From the IMG/VR virus record IMGVR_UViG_3300020183_005033, positions 58,437 to 122,436 of that record: DNA of 64,000 nucleotides; one strand, 5' to 3'. Positions 39,208 through 48,176 of the stretch are shown piece by piece. Made by a program: the position numbers and the translations under genes. The stretch is from a virus. Under the pieces are notes generated by a model. That model had not been told where the DNA came from. It saw nothing but the letters and a program-made list of their open reading frames with translations, and did not search any database. Numbering within the stretch: the first letter of the stretch is position 1; each line of letters starts with the position of its first letter.

Positions 39208-41182
39208 GAAAAAAGAACCTGAAATTACAGAAGAGCAAAGGGTGCGCATTGAAATGCGTAAACGTCTTTTGTTTACTGTTTGTGAAACAAAAGAAGAGCT
39301 TCAACAATTCATTAAGACTTTCCTTAAGTTAGACTTGCCAGACTGTACAGTAGACGAAATGTCTACTTCTAATCCCATGGAAGCTGTCTGGCAAATTTAC
39401 CTCACAATGAAGACCAACAAGGGTGCCCACCGTGTAGTCGTGGCAGCCTCTCGTAACTCGATGAAGACAGTTATGTCGGCGGTGATTCATTGGTTGGCAA
39501 TGATTCATTTTAGAAGGTCATGTCTACAGATTGCCGCCATTAAAGACCAATCTTACAAAGCAATCAAGTACCTTAAAAAGTTCCTCCGTATTCCAGAACT
39601 TCAAGAACATTTTGAAACAAACCGAGCGGGAGAGCTACGACTCTTTAATTTGCCTCCAAATTCGTATACAGCAAAAGACGATGCCGACGTTTTTGTAACA
39701 GCAGCTACACTAGAGGGTGCTAACTCATCCCGCGCTTCTATTATTATTCGAGACGAATGTGACCTAACCCCCAGAGAGATTCTCTCAGAAGTCGCCATGG
39801 TTGCCGACCCCACGCAAGATGAGCACGGCTTTGAGCCAATCACCATCTCGCTGTCTTCTCGCAAGACTTCTCAAGGACCTTTGCAGGAACTGATGGAAGA
39901 GGCCGAAAAGGGCGACGACCCAGATATTAGACTAGACAAGTGGTCGGCTGTGGATTTTATGAGGAAATGTTTGCCAGAGACTCACGGAGAAAAGAGACTC
40001 AAGGCATATCTTCATACAGAAAACCTCAAAGTCAGATGGGATGAAGAGCTATTCCAAGAAGAACCAGAAGCAATCAAAGTTAAGTACAAAGAAATATTAG
40101 CTTATGAAGGATGTATGACATGCCCTGCGTTTATTGCCTGTCAGGCTCGCGCCCCCAAACAGACAGGCAAATCTAAGACATTAAGAACTATTGCCTTCAT
40201 TGGTAACTTCATTAAAGAGACAAAAGAAGCCAACAAAATTATTGCTCAGATTCTCAACTGGCGTCCAGAAACAGGCGGCTTAGTTTTCCCTACGTTCAAC
40301 AGAATGAATCACGTCCGTAGCCCCGCTGAGACTTGGTTTTGGATGACTGGTCAACAGTGGAAGAATAATAGAAAATGTACTAAACAGGATATTTATGCTT
40401 GGGCAGTGACTAATAAATGGGAAGTAAGTTTTGGTATTGACTGGGGCGTTCGCGACCCCGCAGTGGTCGTTGTATATCTGTACTCTCAATCTCAGACTAG
40501 AGCCATTTTGCTTCATGCGCGGTCAGCTACTGGCTACCCCAACTCTCAGTGGGCACAAACAGTTAGAGAAAAAGAATGCCTAATGTTTCCTCCAGACATT
40601 ATTTGCCCTGATACAGCCGATGCTGGTTCTGCTCATTACTTTCAGCCTTTTGGGTTTGCTGTTAAGCCCAAGAAACCGACTCATATTGAGACTGGAGTAG
40701 TTCAGATTCAGTCTTTGCTTTGGAATGTAGAAAGACAAGAGTCAGACATGATTCTTTGTAAAGAAGAAAACGACAGCGGGATAGAGTATGCTATTGAATC
40801 TTTTACCAACTGGATGCACAAGAAAGACCCCCGTGGAGAGTTTGATACAAGTCGATTTGAAGACGATGATTGGACTCACACGAATGACGCAAGTCGGTAT
40901 GCACTAGACAAATACCGCACCGCAGTCGAAATTAAGATTAGTAGCGCCTCTAAACACATCGGCACTGCCGCCCCCATGAGCCGCGAACAGCAATACCAAA
41001 AAGAGCTAGAGTCTGCCATGTATGATACCTATAAAGATATGGGTGTACCCATCATGCCGTCGCAACTAGCTGATATGACTATGGATGCTTACAGAAAAGC
41101 AGGCATGGGTCACCTCATCGAAGGTGATTCCAAAGGCCCTGCCCCCGAACCAAAGAAAAAATTAATTAAATTTAGTATTTAA
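39200..41182 (+). CDS. terL: terminase large subunit
   Basis: VVVAASRNSMKT (atypical Walker A), IIIRDE (Walker B), FGIDWG and HTNDASRYAL RNase H-like nuclease motifs. Confidence 0.8.
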   Translation: MAKKKEPEITEEQRVRIEMRKRLLFTVCETKEELQQFIKTFLKLDLPDCTVDEMSTSNPMEAVWQIYLTMKTNKGAHRVVVAASRNSMKTVMSAVIHWLAMIHFRRSCLQIAAIKDQSYKAIKYLKKFLRIPELQEHFETNRAGELRLFNLPPNSYTAKDDADVFVTAATLEGANSSRASIIIRDECDLTPREILSEVAMVADPTQDEHGFEPITISLSSRKTSQGPLQELMEEAEKGDDPDIRLDKWSAVDFMRKCLPETHGEKRLKAYLHTENLKVRWDEELFQEEPEAIKVKYKEILAYEGCMTCPAFIACQARAPKQTGKSKTLRTIAFIGNFIKETKEANKIIAQILNWRPETGGLVFPTFNRMNHVRSPAETWFWMTGQQWKNNRKCTKQDIYAWAVTNKWEVSFGIDWGVRDPAVVVVYLYSQSQTRAILLHARSATGYPNSQWAQTVREKECLMFPPDIICPDTADAGSAHYFQPFGFAVKPKKPTHIETGVVQIQSLLWNVERQESDMILCKEENDSGIEYAIESFTNWMHKKDPRGEFDTSRFEDDDWTHTNDASRYALDKYRTAVEIKISSASKHIGTAAPMSREQQYQKELESAMYDTYKDMGVPIMPSQLADMTMDAYRKAGMGHLIEGDSKGPAPEPKKKLIKFSI

Positions 41183-41282
41183 TGTTAAAATGTACCCTAG
41201 TTCTAACCCAAGGAGATATGAACATGGCTCTATCAGATAAAGCAAAAGATGAGAGCGGAGAGTCTTTCGGGCCTAGCACTCT

Positions 41283-41621
41283 ATGAGTCTTTTTAAACAC
41301 GCTAAAGATGTTGTTAAGGGAAAAGCTAAGCTTTTTTCAAGACGTTCGTCTAAATGGCCGTCATTGCGCAAGTCTTTTTTAGAAACTCATGGCTCTTGTG
41401 CAGCTTGCGGTTGCACAGAGTTTTTAGAAGTACATCACATTGAGCCATTTCACGTAAATCCCTCCTTAGAGCTAGACCCTAACAATCTCATAACGCTGTG
41501 TGATAAGCCTGGGAAAGACAATTGTCACCTAGAGATAGGACATTTGGGCAGCTTTAAAAGCAAAAACCCCAACGTCCGAGAAGACGCAGAAAAAGCCCTT
41601 AAAGCAAAAACTAAAAAATAA
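41283..41621 (+). CDS. HNH endonuclease (terminase-associated type)
   Basis: RSSKWPSLRK...CAACG...EVHHIEPF...LDPNNLITLC...CHLEIGH. Confidence 0.88.
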   Translation: MSLFKHAKDVVKGKAKLFSRRSSKWPSLRKSFLETHGSCAACGCTEFLEVHHIEPFHVNPSLELDPNNLITLCDKPGKDNCHLEIGHLGSFKSKNPNVREDAEKALKAKTKK

Positions 41622-41638
41622 CGACAGCCACCCGATAA
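41611..41638 (+). promoter_or_regulatory. sigma-28-type promoter P4
   Basis: CTAAA-N15-CCCGATAA; GGGGGTGG RBS and ATG 41657. Confidence 0.75.
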
Positions 41639-41656
41639 GAAATCATGGGGGTGGCT

Positions 41657-41761
41657 ATGAACTTTGTCCTAACGGCAATCGCTTTAACGGTTGGTTATTA
41701 CACTATTAAATTTTTTATGTTTTTGGTCAGCATATTAGTGTGGATTTCTAATTTACTATAA
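41657..41761 (+). CDS. small membrane peptide (34 aa, not in ORF track)
   Basis: Strong RBS; MNFVLTAIALTVGYYTIKFFMFLVSILVWISNLL. Confidence 0.65.
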   Translation: MNFVLTAIALTVGYYTIKFFMFLVSILVWISNLL

Positions 41762-41796
41762 AATTAAATTGGCTGTTCAACCAACAAGGTTTGTTA

Positions 41797-42117
41797 ATGA
41801 AAAACATCTATGTGTGTGCTCCGTGGCGTGACCCAAACTCTATCCTGCAGTTCAAACAAATTTCTAATAAAATCATTAGTATGGGTCAAAATCCTGTTAG
41901 TTGGGCAGTTATGTACTCATCAGTTCTTGACTTCTCTGATTATAAAGACAGAGATAAAGCGGTCACCATGGGGCTTATGCTTATGAGCGCGTGTCATGAA
42001 GTGTGGGTGTTTGGAATGAAAACCCCCTCTATGGTAAAAGAGATTGAGCTGGCTCAAGAAAAGGGACTTACAGTTGTTGAGTATTCTTTGCTTGACTTTC
42101 TCCATGGTTCGAGGTAA
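41797..42117 (+). CDS. DUF4406/nucleoside deoxyribosyltransferase-like fold protein
   Basis: IYVCAPW...GLMLMSACHEVWVFG...SMVKEIELA. Confidence 0.65.
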   Translation: MKNIYVCAPWRDPNSILQFKQISNKIISMGQNPVSWAVMYSSVLDFSDYKDRDKAVTMGLMLMSACHEVWVFGMKTPSMVKEIELAQEKGLTVVEYSLLDFLHGSR

Positions 42118-42120
42118 AAT
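42092..42120 (+). promoter_or_regulatory. promoter for the 42147-portal operon
   Basis: TTGACT-N17-TAAAAT; AGGAG RBS downstream. Confidence 0.65.
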
Positions 42121-42146
42121 AGGCAGGACTATAGGAGTTTTTTAAC

Positions 42147-43130
42147 ATGTCCTATCTATCCTTGTCTCTAAATACAGCGGCTTCTTCTGTTGAAAATCCG
42201 CTTAAATCAACGTCTGCAGCCTCTATGGCTTTTGATGTCTCTGGCCTAGCCTTAGACATTGCAGAAGGATTTTCAGTCGTTCTTGACCCCAGAGAAGAAA
42301 GAGTCGTTGCGTCTACGCGCAAGGCTATCTCTCTTGATTCGACAACTGAACTCCAAGTTACTCAGCCTTATAACAGCCTAACTCAAGAAACAACTTGGCG
42401 TGTCCGTTGGACTGGTAATGGGACTAACCCTAATTTTCGCGTTCGCAGGTCACTAACAGTTAATAGCACAACGACTGTAGGCATTACTCGCTTGAATGAC
42501 ACAGTTGCTCGCGTTCAGTTTTCAGGAGCCATTGGCTCTAACGCCAAAATTAATGACATTCTCCTTTTGGAAAAAGACAACGACATTGGCCTCCTCTCTC
42601 CTTTCAATGCCGGCAACCAAGGCATTCCTGTCAGGATTGTAGGAGTAGGCTCTAACTTTTTGGACGTTGACGACTCCGGAGTTCTTGTTAACGAGATAGC
42701 AGTCCTCCTCGGAGTTGATTACTTAGACGTACTCAAAGTCTTTTCTTCGTCTGGAGTTCAAACTACAGACGTTCTTAAGATTAGTTCTCCTGCCTTTAAC
42801 TATGGTAGTAGAGGGTCTTACAAGGTTATCTTTGTGTCAGCAGACTATATTGATATCGAAACGCCTTCTCTTGTGCCAGAGACTGTATCTGGGATTACTG
42901 AAGGGTTTCAAGTATTTTCAAACACAATTCACTACTTTGCAGTTAAAGCAAAGGGTGCTATTCAACTTATAGTTGATGAAAAAGTTCTTGACCTTTCTTT
43001 GTTAGGTGATACAGCTATATTTGCGGCTGCAATCAGTTGTTCAGAAGTTATCGTTAGAAACTCGTCTGACGGCAACTTGAGTGTCGAAGGATTGTGGTGT
43101 GCAGCAGGGTTAAATGGAACTGCTTGTTAA
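42147..43130 (+). CDS. putative virion structural protein (beta-rich)
   Basis: Upstream of portal; contains two copies of the beta module also seen in sheath and baseplate. Confidence 0.5.
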   Translation: MSYLSLSLNTAASSVENPLKSTSAASMAFDVSGLALDIAEGFSVVLDPREERVVASTRKAISLDSTTELQVTQPYNSLTQETTWRVRWTGNGTNPNFRVRRSLTVNSTTTVGITRLNDTVARVQFSGAIGSNAKINDILLLEKDNDIGLLSPFNAGNQGIPVRIVGVGSNFLDVDDSGVLVNEIAVLLGVDYLDVLKVFSSSGVQTTDVLKISSPAFNYGSRGSYKVIFVSADYIDIETPSLVPETVSGITEGFQVFSNTIHYFAVKAKGAIQLIVDEKVLDLSLLGDTAIFAAAISCSEVIVRNSSDGNLSVEGLWCAAGLNGTAC

Positions 43131-43145
43131 TAATAGGAATTTTAC

Positions 43146-45143
43146 ATGTCAGACGATAAAAAAATTACTGTCAAAATAGCTCAAGGCGACGTATCAGAAG
43201 ACATTAACGTCAACTCTATTGATGATGTTGCGGGAATCATTAAGCAACGCCTTGGTAGAACTATGCTCAGTAAGTCTGATGTTCAAAAGATTGCCGAAGA
43301 AGACTTTAAGAAGCGCAAGTACAAACAATCTAAAGTCAAGTTTGGTTCTAGGTTTAATACTCGCATGGGGGTTGGCGACTCTCTTTCAAAAGAACCTAAG
43401 CGTCTCTCTGATGCAGAACTTAAAGAACTTTCTCTTATTGACCCCTACATTGGGGCAATCATCAACACTCGCGTAGCGCAGATTTCTAGCTTTGGTGCTC
43501 AGTCTGAGTCTAAGTTTGACAAGGGTGTTCGCGTCCTCGACCTAGACGAAATTCGCCGCGAAGACTTTGAAAACGAAGAAGCTTTTGAACGCGAACTCAA
43601 ACTCCGTGAAGCCGAAAAGAAAGCAATTCTTGAATGGGTTTTGCATTGTGGTACGTCGGACAAGAAAGTCTTAAACGAAATCTACGAAGCCGCCGACCCA
43701 ACATTTAAGCACTGCTCACTCAAAGACTACTTCCAAGCACAGACTCGCGCATTGTTGACGTTTGGCCGTAGTGCTCGCCAGAATCTACTGAACTCTGATG
43801 GCACCATCGTAGCCTTCAGACCAACTCCTATTGAGACTATCAAGCAAGTCAAGTTTGGCTCTAGGGTTCATGTGACCGCAGTGTCAGATATTGCTCAGCA
43901 GTCAGAAGTAGACGCTCAAGAGTACAACAAGATTCCAGTCAACAACAAACCAATCGCTTACGTTCAAGAAGTAGACGGCGTCCAGACAGGATTCTTTACA
44001 GACGAAGACCTTAAAGTAGTCTACTATCAAGTCCAATCATTCCTAGACTTGAACGGCTACCCTATGGGACCAATCGAGTTTGCTCTATTCTTGGTTTACA
44101 TTCATCAGCACACGTTGAGCTATCTACGCAATCAGTTTGTTAAAGGTCAGCTCAGCAAGAGTATGATTGTTGTCAGACCTACTGACCCATCAGTCAAAAT
44201 CTCTGACGAAGATATTGAATCTTTTAAGATGGAGATTCAAAACCTAGCTACAAGAACTGACAACTCTAGTGTCATTCCTGTTATCGGCGGCCCAGTAGAG
44301 CTAGAACTCATCAAGACGACCGAGACTCCAAAAGACATGGAGTGGATGCAGGTCGAGCAAACAGTCATTCGCGCCCTCTGTTCAGCCTTTCAGATTTCCC
44401 CCACAGAAGCTGGCTTTGGCCAGTTGGGCGACACTGCCGGCATGGGTCAAGGTTCGCGTGACTATGAACTAGTCCAAGGCGAAGAGCGCGGTCTTAGACT
44501 ACTTGTAGATATTCTAGTAGAAGATATCAATGATGCTGTTTATCAGAACTTCCCAGAAGCCAAAAAACGCTATAAGGTAGCTGCTTTCGGAATTGGTAAC
44601 GAGACACGCGAAGGTGTTATTCAGCGTCAGACACAAGAGCTACAAACGACGGCAACCCTAAATTCTCTGTTCAGCGATTCTGACAAAAATAGACAGTTTG
44701 AGTTTGGTGGAGATGTTCCTTTGTCTCCCTTGTTTCATCAGAACGTAGCCCGCTACATGACTTATGGAAAGTTTATGGAGAGCTACTTTGGGATGGAAGG
44801 TGCAAGCAAGCGCCCTGAACTAGACTTTATTATTGACCCTAGCCTCAATCAAGCGTATCAGCAGCTCAAGATGGGTATGCAGCAAATGCAGGCTCAGCAG
44901 CAGGCATTAGGACTGCAAGGCCAACAGATGCAGCTTGAAATGCAGCAAGCCCAAATGCAGCAGGCAGCCCAGCAGCCAAATGTGCCACAACAGGTGGCAC
45001 AAAGTCAGGGGCAGCCAGAAGAGCAGCAGAAGTCTGAAGACGTAGAGCTAGAGAAGGCTTGGGAGGAATCTATGAAGGCTAACCATGAAACTTTACTGAA
45101 ATCGTGGCTTAGGCTCCATGATTTAAAGATTGACGAAGAATAA
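43146..45143 (+). CDS. portal protein with Gln-rich C-terminal tail
   Basis: IGAIINTRVAQI, GYPMGPIE, YLRNQFVKG, KDMEWMQ...ALCSAFQISPTEAG, ERGLRLL pattern. Confidence 0.8.
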   Translation: MSDDKKITVKIAQGDVSEDINVNSIDDVAGIIKQRLGRTMLSKSDVQKIAEEDFKKRKYKQSKVKFGSRFNTRMGVGDSLSKEPKRLSDAELKELSLIDPYIGAIINTRVAQISSFGAQSESKFDKGVRVLDLDEIRREDFENEEAFERELKLREAEKKAILEWVLHCGTSDKKVLNEIYEAADPTFKHCSLKDYFQAQTRALLTFGRSARQNLLNSDGTIVAFRPTPIETIKQVKFGSRVHVTAVSDIAQQSEVDAQEYNKIPVNNKPIAYVQEVDGVQTGFFTDEDLKVVYYQVQSFLDLNGYPMGPIEFALFLVYIHQHTLSYLRNQFVKGQLSKSMIVVRPTDPSVKISDEDIESFKMEIQNLATRTDNSSVIPVIGGPVELELIKTTETPKDMEWMQVEQTVIRALCSAFQISPTEAGFGQLGDTAGMGQGSRDYELVQGEERGLRLLVDILVEDINDAVYQNFPEAKKRYKVAAFGIGNETREGVIQRQTQELQTTATLNSLFSDSDKNRQFEFGGDVPLSPLFHQNVARYMTYGKFMESYFGMEGASKRPELDFIIDPSLNQAYQQLKMGMQQMQAQQQALGLQGQQMQLEMQQAQMQQAAQQPNVPQQVAQSQGQPEEQQKSEDVELEKAWEESMKANHETLLKSWLRLHDLKIDEE

Positions 45144-45144
45144 T

Positions 45145-45172
45145 TAAAGTTTTGTTTGTGTATGTCTGATAA
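45145..45172 (+). promoter_or_regulatory. degenerate sigma-28-type promoter P6
   Basis: TAAAGTTT; TAAA-N16-TCTGATAA; GGAGGT RBS and ATG 45193. Confidence 0.45.
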
Positions 45173-45192
45173 TTAAAGTGGAGGTACCTGTT

Positions 45193-45492
45193 ATGAGTAA
45201 GGCTCAGGAGGCGCGTGAGATGGCAGATAGCTTCAACCAACCAGAACATAAAGCCAAGCGTATGGCTGAGTTGGTTAGTCACATTGTGGATATTCTGATT
45301 GAAGATGCCTTGGCAGCGGCCAAGCGTGGTCTTTACGACATGTCTTACAAGATGGAAGAAATGGAAAAAGAGCGTATCCGCCTTGCCAACCTTCAAGAAG
45401 CAGATATCACTAAAGAAGTTATTGAGAAGATGAATCAGCTTGGTTTTCAAGCAGGCTTTAGTCGTCCCTATATTAACGTCTCATGGAAATAA
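45193..45492 (+). CDS. hypothetical protein
   Basis: GGAGG RBS; helical, 99 aa. Confidence 0.7.
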   Translation: MSKAQEAREMADSFNQPEHKAKRMAELVSHIVDILIEDALAAAKRGLYDMSYKMEEMEKERIRLANLQEADITKEVIEKMNQLGFQAGFSRPYINVSWK

Positions 45493-45719
45493 ATGAGACT
45501 CTCGACCAGCTTGTTGAGTTGGTCAAAACTATTTTGTCCAAAAAGAAAACAAAAGTAATTGGAATTGATGATTTAAGTCGAACTGCCGGGAAAGCCGGCC
45601 TAAAGATTTCTCTTGACGAAGACAATGTTGCAGAGTTATGTTTTAGGTTGCGAGAAGAAAATATTATTTGTAGGCCGCAAGGTATCGGAATATTTAAGCA
45701 TATTAGGATTATTGAATGA
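45483..45719 (+). CDS. small hypothetical (possible winged-helix) protein
   Basis: Overlapping ORF in operon. Confidence 0.5.
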   Translation: MEINETLDQLVELVKTILSKKKTKVIGIDDLSRTAGKAGLKISLDEDNVAELCFRLREENIICRPQGIGIFKHIRIIE

Positions 45720-46327
45720 AACCTAACCTCCCTACAGTTACATTGATTATTGCAGATAGTGTCGATTATGACAGAGCTAAGCTGTCTTTTGACCATTCTA
45801 GAGCATCGTGCAACTTTGGGGAGGCCAAGCTTCTAACTCACTTTGATACTCAAGATTCACATGTGGTCAAAATCCCTCAAATCAAGTCTATTGAAGAATA
45901 CTCTCATTTCATGATTAAAGACTTAGCTAACTATTTTGACACTCAACACGTCTTGGTGGCTCAATGGGATGGGTTTGTTTGGAAGCCAGAACTATGGGAC
46001 AACAAGTTCCTGCAGTATGACTACATTGGCGCCCCGTGGCCAGAAAGTGTTCTATTCAAGGGAGTTCCTAAGCATTTCAACGTCGGTAATGGTGGATTCT
46101 CTTTAAGAAGTAAAAGACTTCAAGATTTTTTACGAGATGACCATAAGATTACTATGCACAGGGCAGAAGATGTAGCCATATGTCAGCTCAATAGGGCATA
46201 CTTGGAGGCCAAAGGATTTACGTTTGCTCCATTTGAGCTGGCTAAGAAGTTTAGTTGGGAATGTTTAGAAATGAGTCCAGCTTTTGGCGTTCATGCTAGG
46301 CTAAGGCTGGTTAAGAAGGGGGAATAA
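45716..46327 (+). CDS. DUF5672 glycosyltransferase-like protein
   Basis: HVLVAQWDGFV...FLQYDYIGAPW...VGNGGFSLRSK...AEDV. Confidence 0.75.
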   Translation: MKPNLPTVTLIIADSVDYDRAKLSFDHSRASCNFGEAKLLTHFDTQDSHVVKIPQIKSIEEYSHFMIKDLANYFDTQHVLVAQWDGFVWKPELWDNKFLQYDYIGAPWPESVLFKGVPKHFNVGNGGFSLRSKRLQDFLRDDHKITMHRAEDVAICQLNRAYLEAKGFTFAPFELAKKFSWECLEMSPAFGVHARLRLVKKGE

Positions 46328-46329
46328 TT

Positions 46330-46551
46330 ATGAAGGTTTATGCGATTAGGTGGGGTGGCTTTATGAATGGTAGCCACATGCCGTTGTTCTTGACTAGAGA
46401 GAAAGCAGAAGCAAGAGCCGAAGCTATTGTCGAACATCATAGAAAAGCTATTAAAGTAGCTGACGAAGAAAAAGAAAAATTAGGTTTGCTCTACAAAACA
46501 CGCGATATGAGCCACACGATAGAAATTATTGAGCTTGACGTAGAAGAGTAA
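46330..46551 (+). CDS. hypothetical protein
   Basis: GGGG RBS; MKVYAI...LFLTREKAE...IEIIELDVEE. Confidence 0.65.
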   Translation: MKVYAIRWGGFMNGSHMPLFLTREKAEARAEAIVEHHRKAIKVADEEKEKLGLLYKTRDMSHTIEIIELDVEE

Positions 46552-46574
46552 TTTACTAAAAAGGGGCAATAGTT

Positions 46575-46838
46575 ATGATTTTTGAGAAGATGATACCAGA
46601 AGTAAAAGAGACTTTGACGGAACACGAACACCGCAAGATTCTTGCCAAACGAATTGATGAAGTCACCGAGCTTTTGTGGAGAGCACACATTGGCCTAAAT
46701 GGAAGTGTGCGTAAATCAGAAAATGTTTTAGATACTTATGAAAATGTTTTGTTCAATATTAATCAAGCTATAAACTTACTGCCATCTATTGTTAGGTCGT
46801 TGGAAGAAGGTAAAAAATCTTTTGATAACAAAAAGTAA
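46575..46838 (+). CDS. hypothetical protein
   Basis: AGGGG RBS, 87 aa. Confidence 0.6.
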   Translation: MIFEKMIPEVKETLTEHEHRKILAKRIDEVTELLWRAHIGLNGSVRKSENVLDTYENVLFNINQAINLLPSIVRSLEEGKKSFDNKK

Positions 46839-46855
46839 TTATTTTAGGGGGTTAA

Positions 46856-47014
46856 ATGTTTTACACTATTACAGCCACTATTGATGATGAAGAGTTGGTT
46901 CTTGTTAGAGACGTTCCAGACGAGGAGCTAGAAGGTGAACTAAATCATTTAACCCGCAGACACGAATTAAAAAATGTAACTCGCTTTGAGATTTGTCTAC
47001 AAGAAGACAATTGA
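46856..47014 (+). CDS. small acidic protein (52 aa, not in ORF track)
   Basis: AGGGGG RBS; MFYTITATIDDEELVLVRDVPDEELEGELNHLTRRHELKNVTRFEICLQEDN. Confidence 0.6.
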   Translation: MFYTITATIDDEELVLVRDVPDEELEGELNHLTRRHELKNVTRFEICLQEDN

Positions 47015-47031
47015 TTTCAGCCCGCCTCAAA

Positions 47032-47060
47032 TTGACAAAACATTAGACATTGTTTAGCCT
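47032..47060 (+). promoter_or_regulatory. putative sigma-70 promoter
   Basis: TTGACA-N17-TAGCCT upstream of AGGAG RBS and ATG 47083. Confidence 0.5.
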
Positions 47061-47082
47061 TATCTTAAAGGAGAGGCGAACA

Positions 47083-47385
47083 ATGTCTGATTTACTTAAT
47101 AATCTCGACTCAGTCGAACAAGACGCGGAAAAACAACAAGAGTTCTTCAAGATGCTTGACGAGATGGTGTCTTCTTATGGCCACCTTCTCATGGAAGTTC
47201 AATCTATGGGTCAGAAGCTCCAAGAGTTAGCTGGCTTGGCTCATTGGTCAAAAGAGCATATCGAATATCTCCTAGCTAAAGACGAAGAGTATATGGCTGC
47301 TGTCAAGGCGTACATGGAATCGAAAGGAAGCGACAATGGCAGCGAAGCCAACGAGGTTTCAGCAGACTTGTCCGAGAAAGCTTGA
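47083..47385 (+). CDS. coiled-coil hypothetical protein
   Basis: Strong RBS; start reassigned to ATG 47083. Confidence 0.65.
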   Translation: MSDLLNNLDSVEQDAEKQQEFFKMLDEMVSSYGHLLMEVQSMGQKLQELAGLAHWSKEHIEYLLAKDEEYMAAVKAYMESKGSDNGSEANEVSADLSEKA

Positions 47386-47983
47386 TAAGCTTCCGGCAAC
47401 TGCTTGTCCTCTCGCAGTAGAGTCTATAGAGGCCATTAAGGCTGGGCAGCCTGAGAAAGTCACCTGCCCATTCTTTGTTAACGACCTTCATTCAAACTAC
47501 TGTTTTTGGAAATTCATGGATGAAGACGGAGAGGCGATTGACTCTGCCCGCCGCCTCGCTCAACTTAACGTCATGCAAGAAGCAGAAGTTAAGGAGATTG
47601 TCGGTAGAGCCGGCGAGATACTCTCCAATGCTGTTGATGCAGAAAACCTACAACTCTTTAAAGAAGCTGTCTACGAAGCCATGCCCGAAGTCACTGCTGA
47701 TATCTACACTCAAGAGTCTTGGGTGGAAGAAGTTATTGGGGCTGACGGCATTCCACAAGAACCTGGGAAACCGGGGCGTAAGAAAAAAGCCAAGATTCAG
47801 GCTCCAAAAGGGTTTTCAGGTGGACACGCTCTACACAAGTCTGGGAAAAGAACTCAGTTGACAGGACTCAGTGCCAAGTGGCATGAACATGTTAAGGAGT
47901 TCCAGAAGGGTGATACCCCTATTCGCATGAGTTCTAATACTATGGCGAAGAAAAAGAAAGACGAAAAAGATGAAGAATCATGA
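47336..47983 (+). CDS. Cys-containing hypothetical protein (possible Zn-binding/DNA-binding)
   Basis: CPRK...CPLA...CPFF...YCFW; basic C-terminus. Confidence 0.55.
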   Translation: MAAKPTRFQQTCPRKLDKLPATACPLAVESIEAIKAGQPEKVTCPFFVNDLHSNYCFWKFMDEDGEAIDSARRLAQLNVMQEAEVKEIVGRAGEILSNAVDAENLQLFKEAVYEAMPEVTADIYTQESWVEEVIGADGIPQEPGKPGRKKKAKIQAPKGFSGGHALHKSGKRTQLTGLSAKWHEHVKEFQKGDTPIRMSSNTMAKKKKDEKDEES

Positions 47984-48176
47984 AGCAATCCAAAAGCTAA
48001 AATCCGAGATACCAGATGTCCGTGAAGACGGCATTTGGGTTTTGTACGTTAATGCCATTCATGCTTATAAGACTTTGGAACACCACGCCAAAAACGAGCC
48101 TGACTGGAAACTAAGAGACTTATTGAACAAAATGTTAAATGATTTTAGGATTTTACATGACAAAGAAAACAGTTAA
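47970..48176 (+). CDS. hypothetical protein
   Basis: Overlapping ORF in operon. Confidence 0.55.
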   Translation: MKNHEAIQKLKSEIPDVREDGIWVLYVNAIHAYKTLEHHAKNEPDWKLRDLLNKMLNDFRILHDKENS

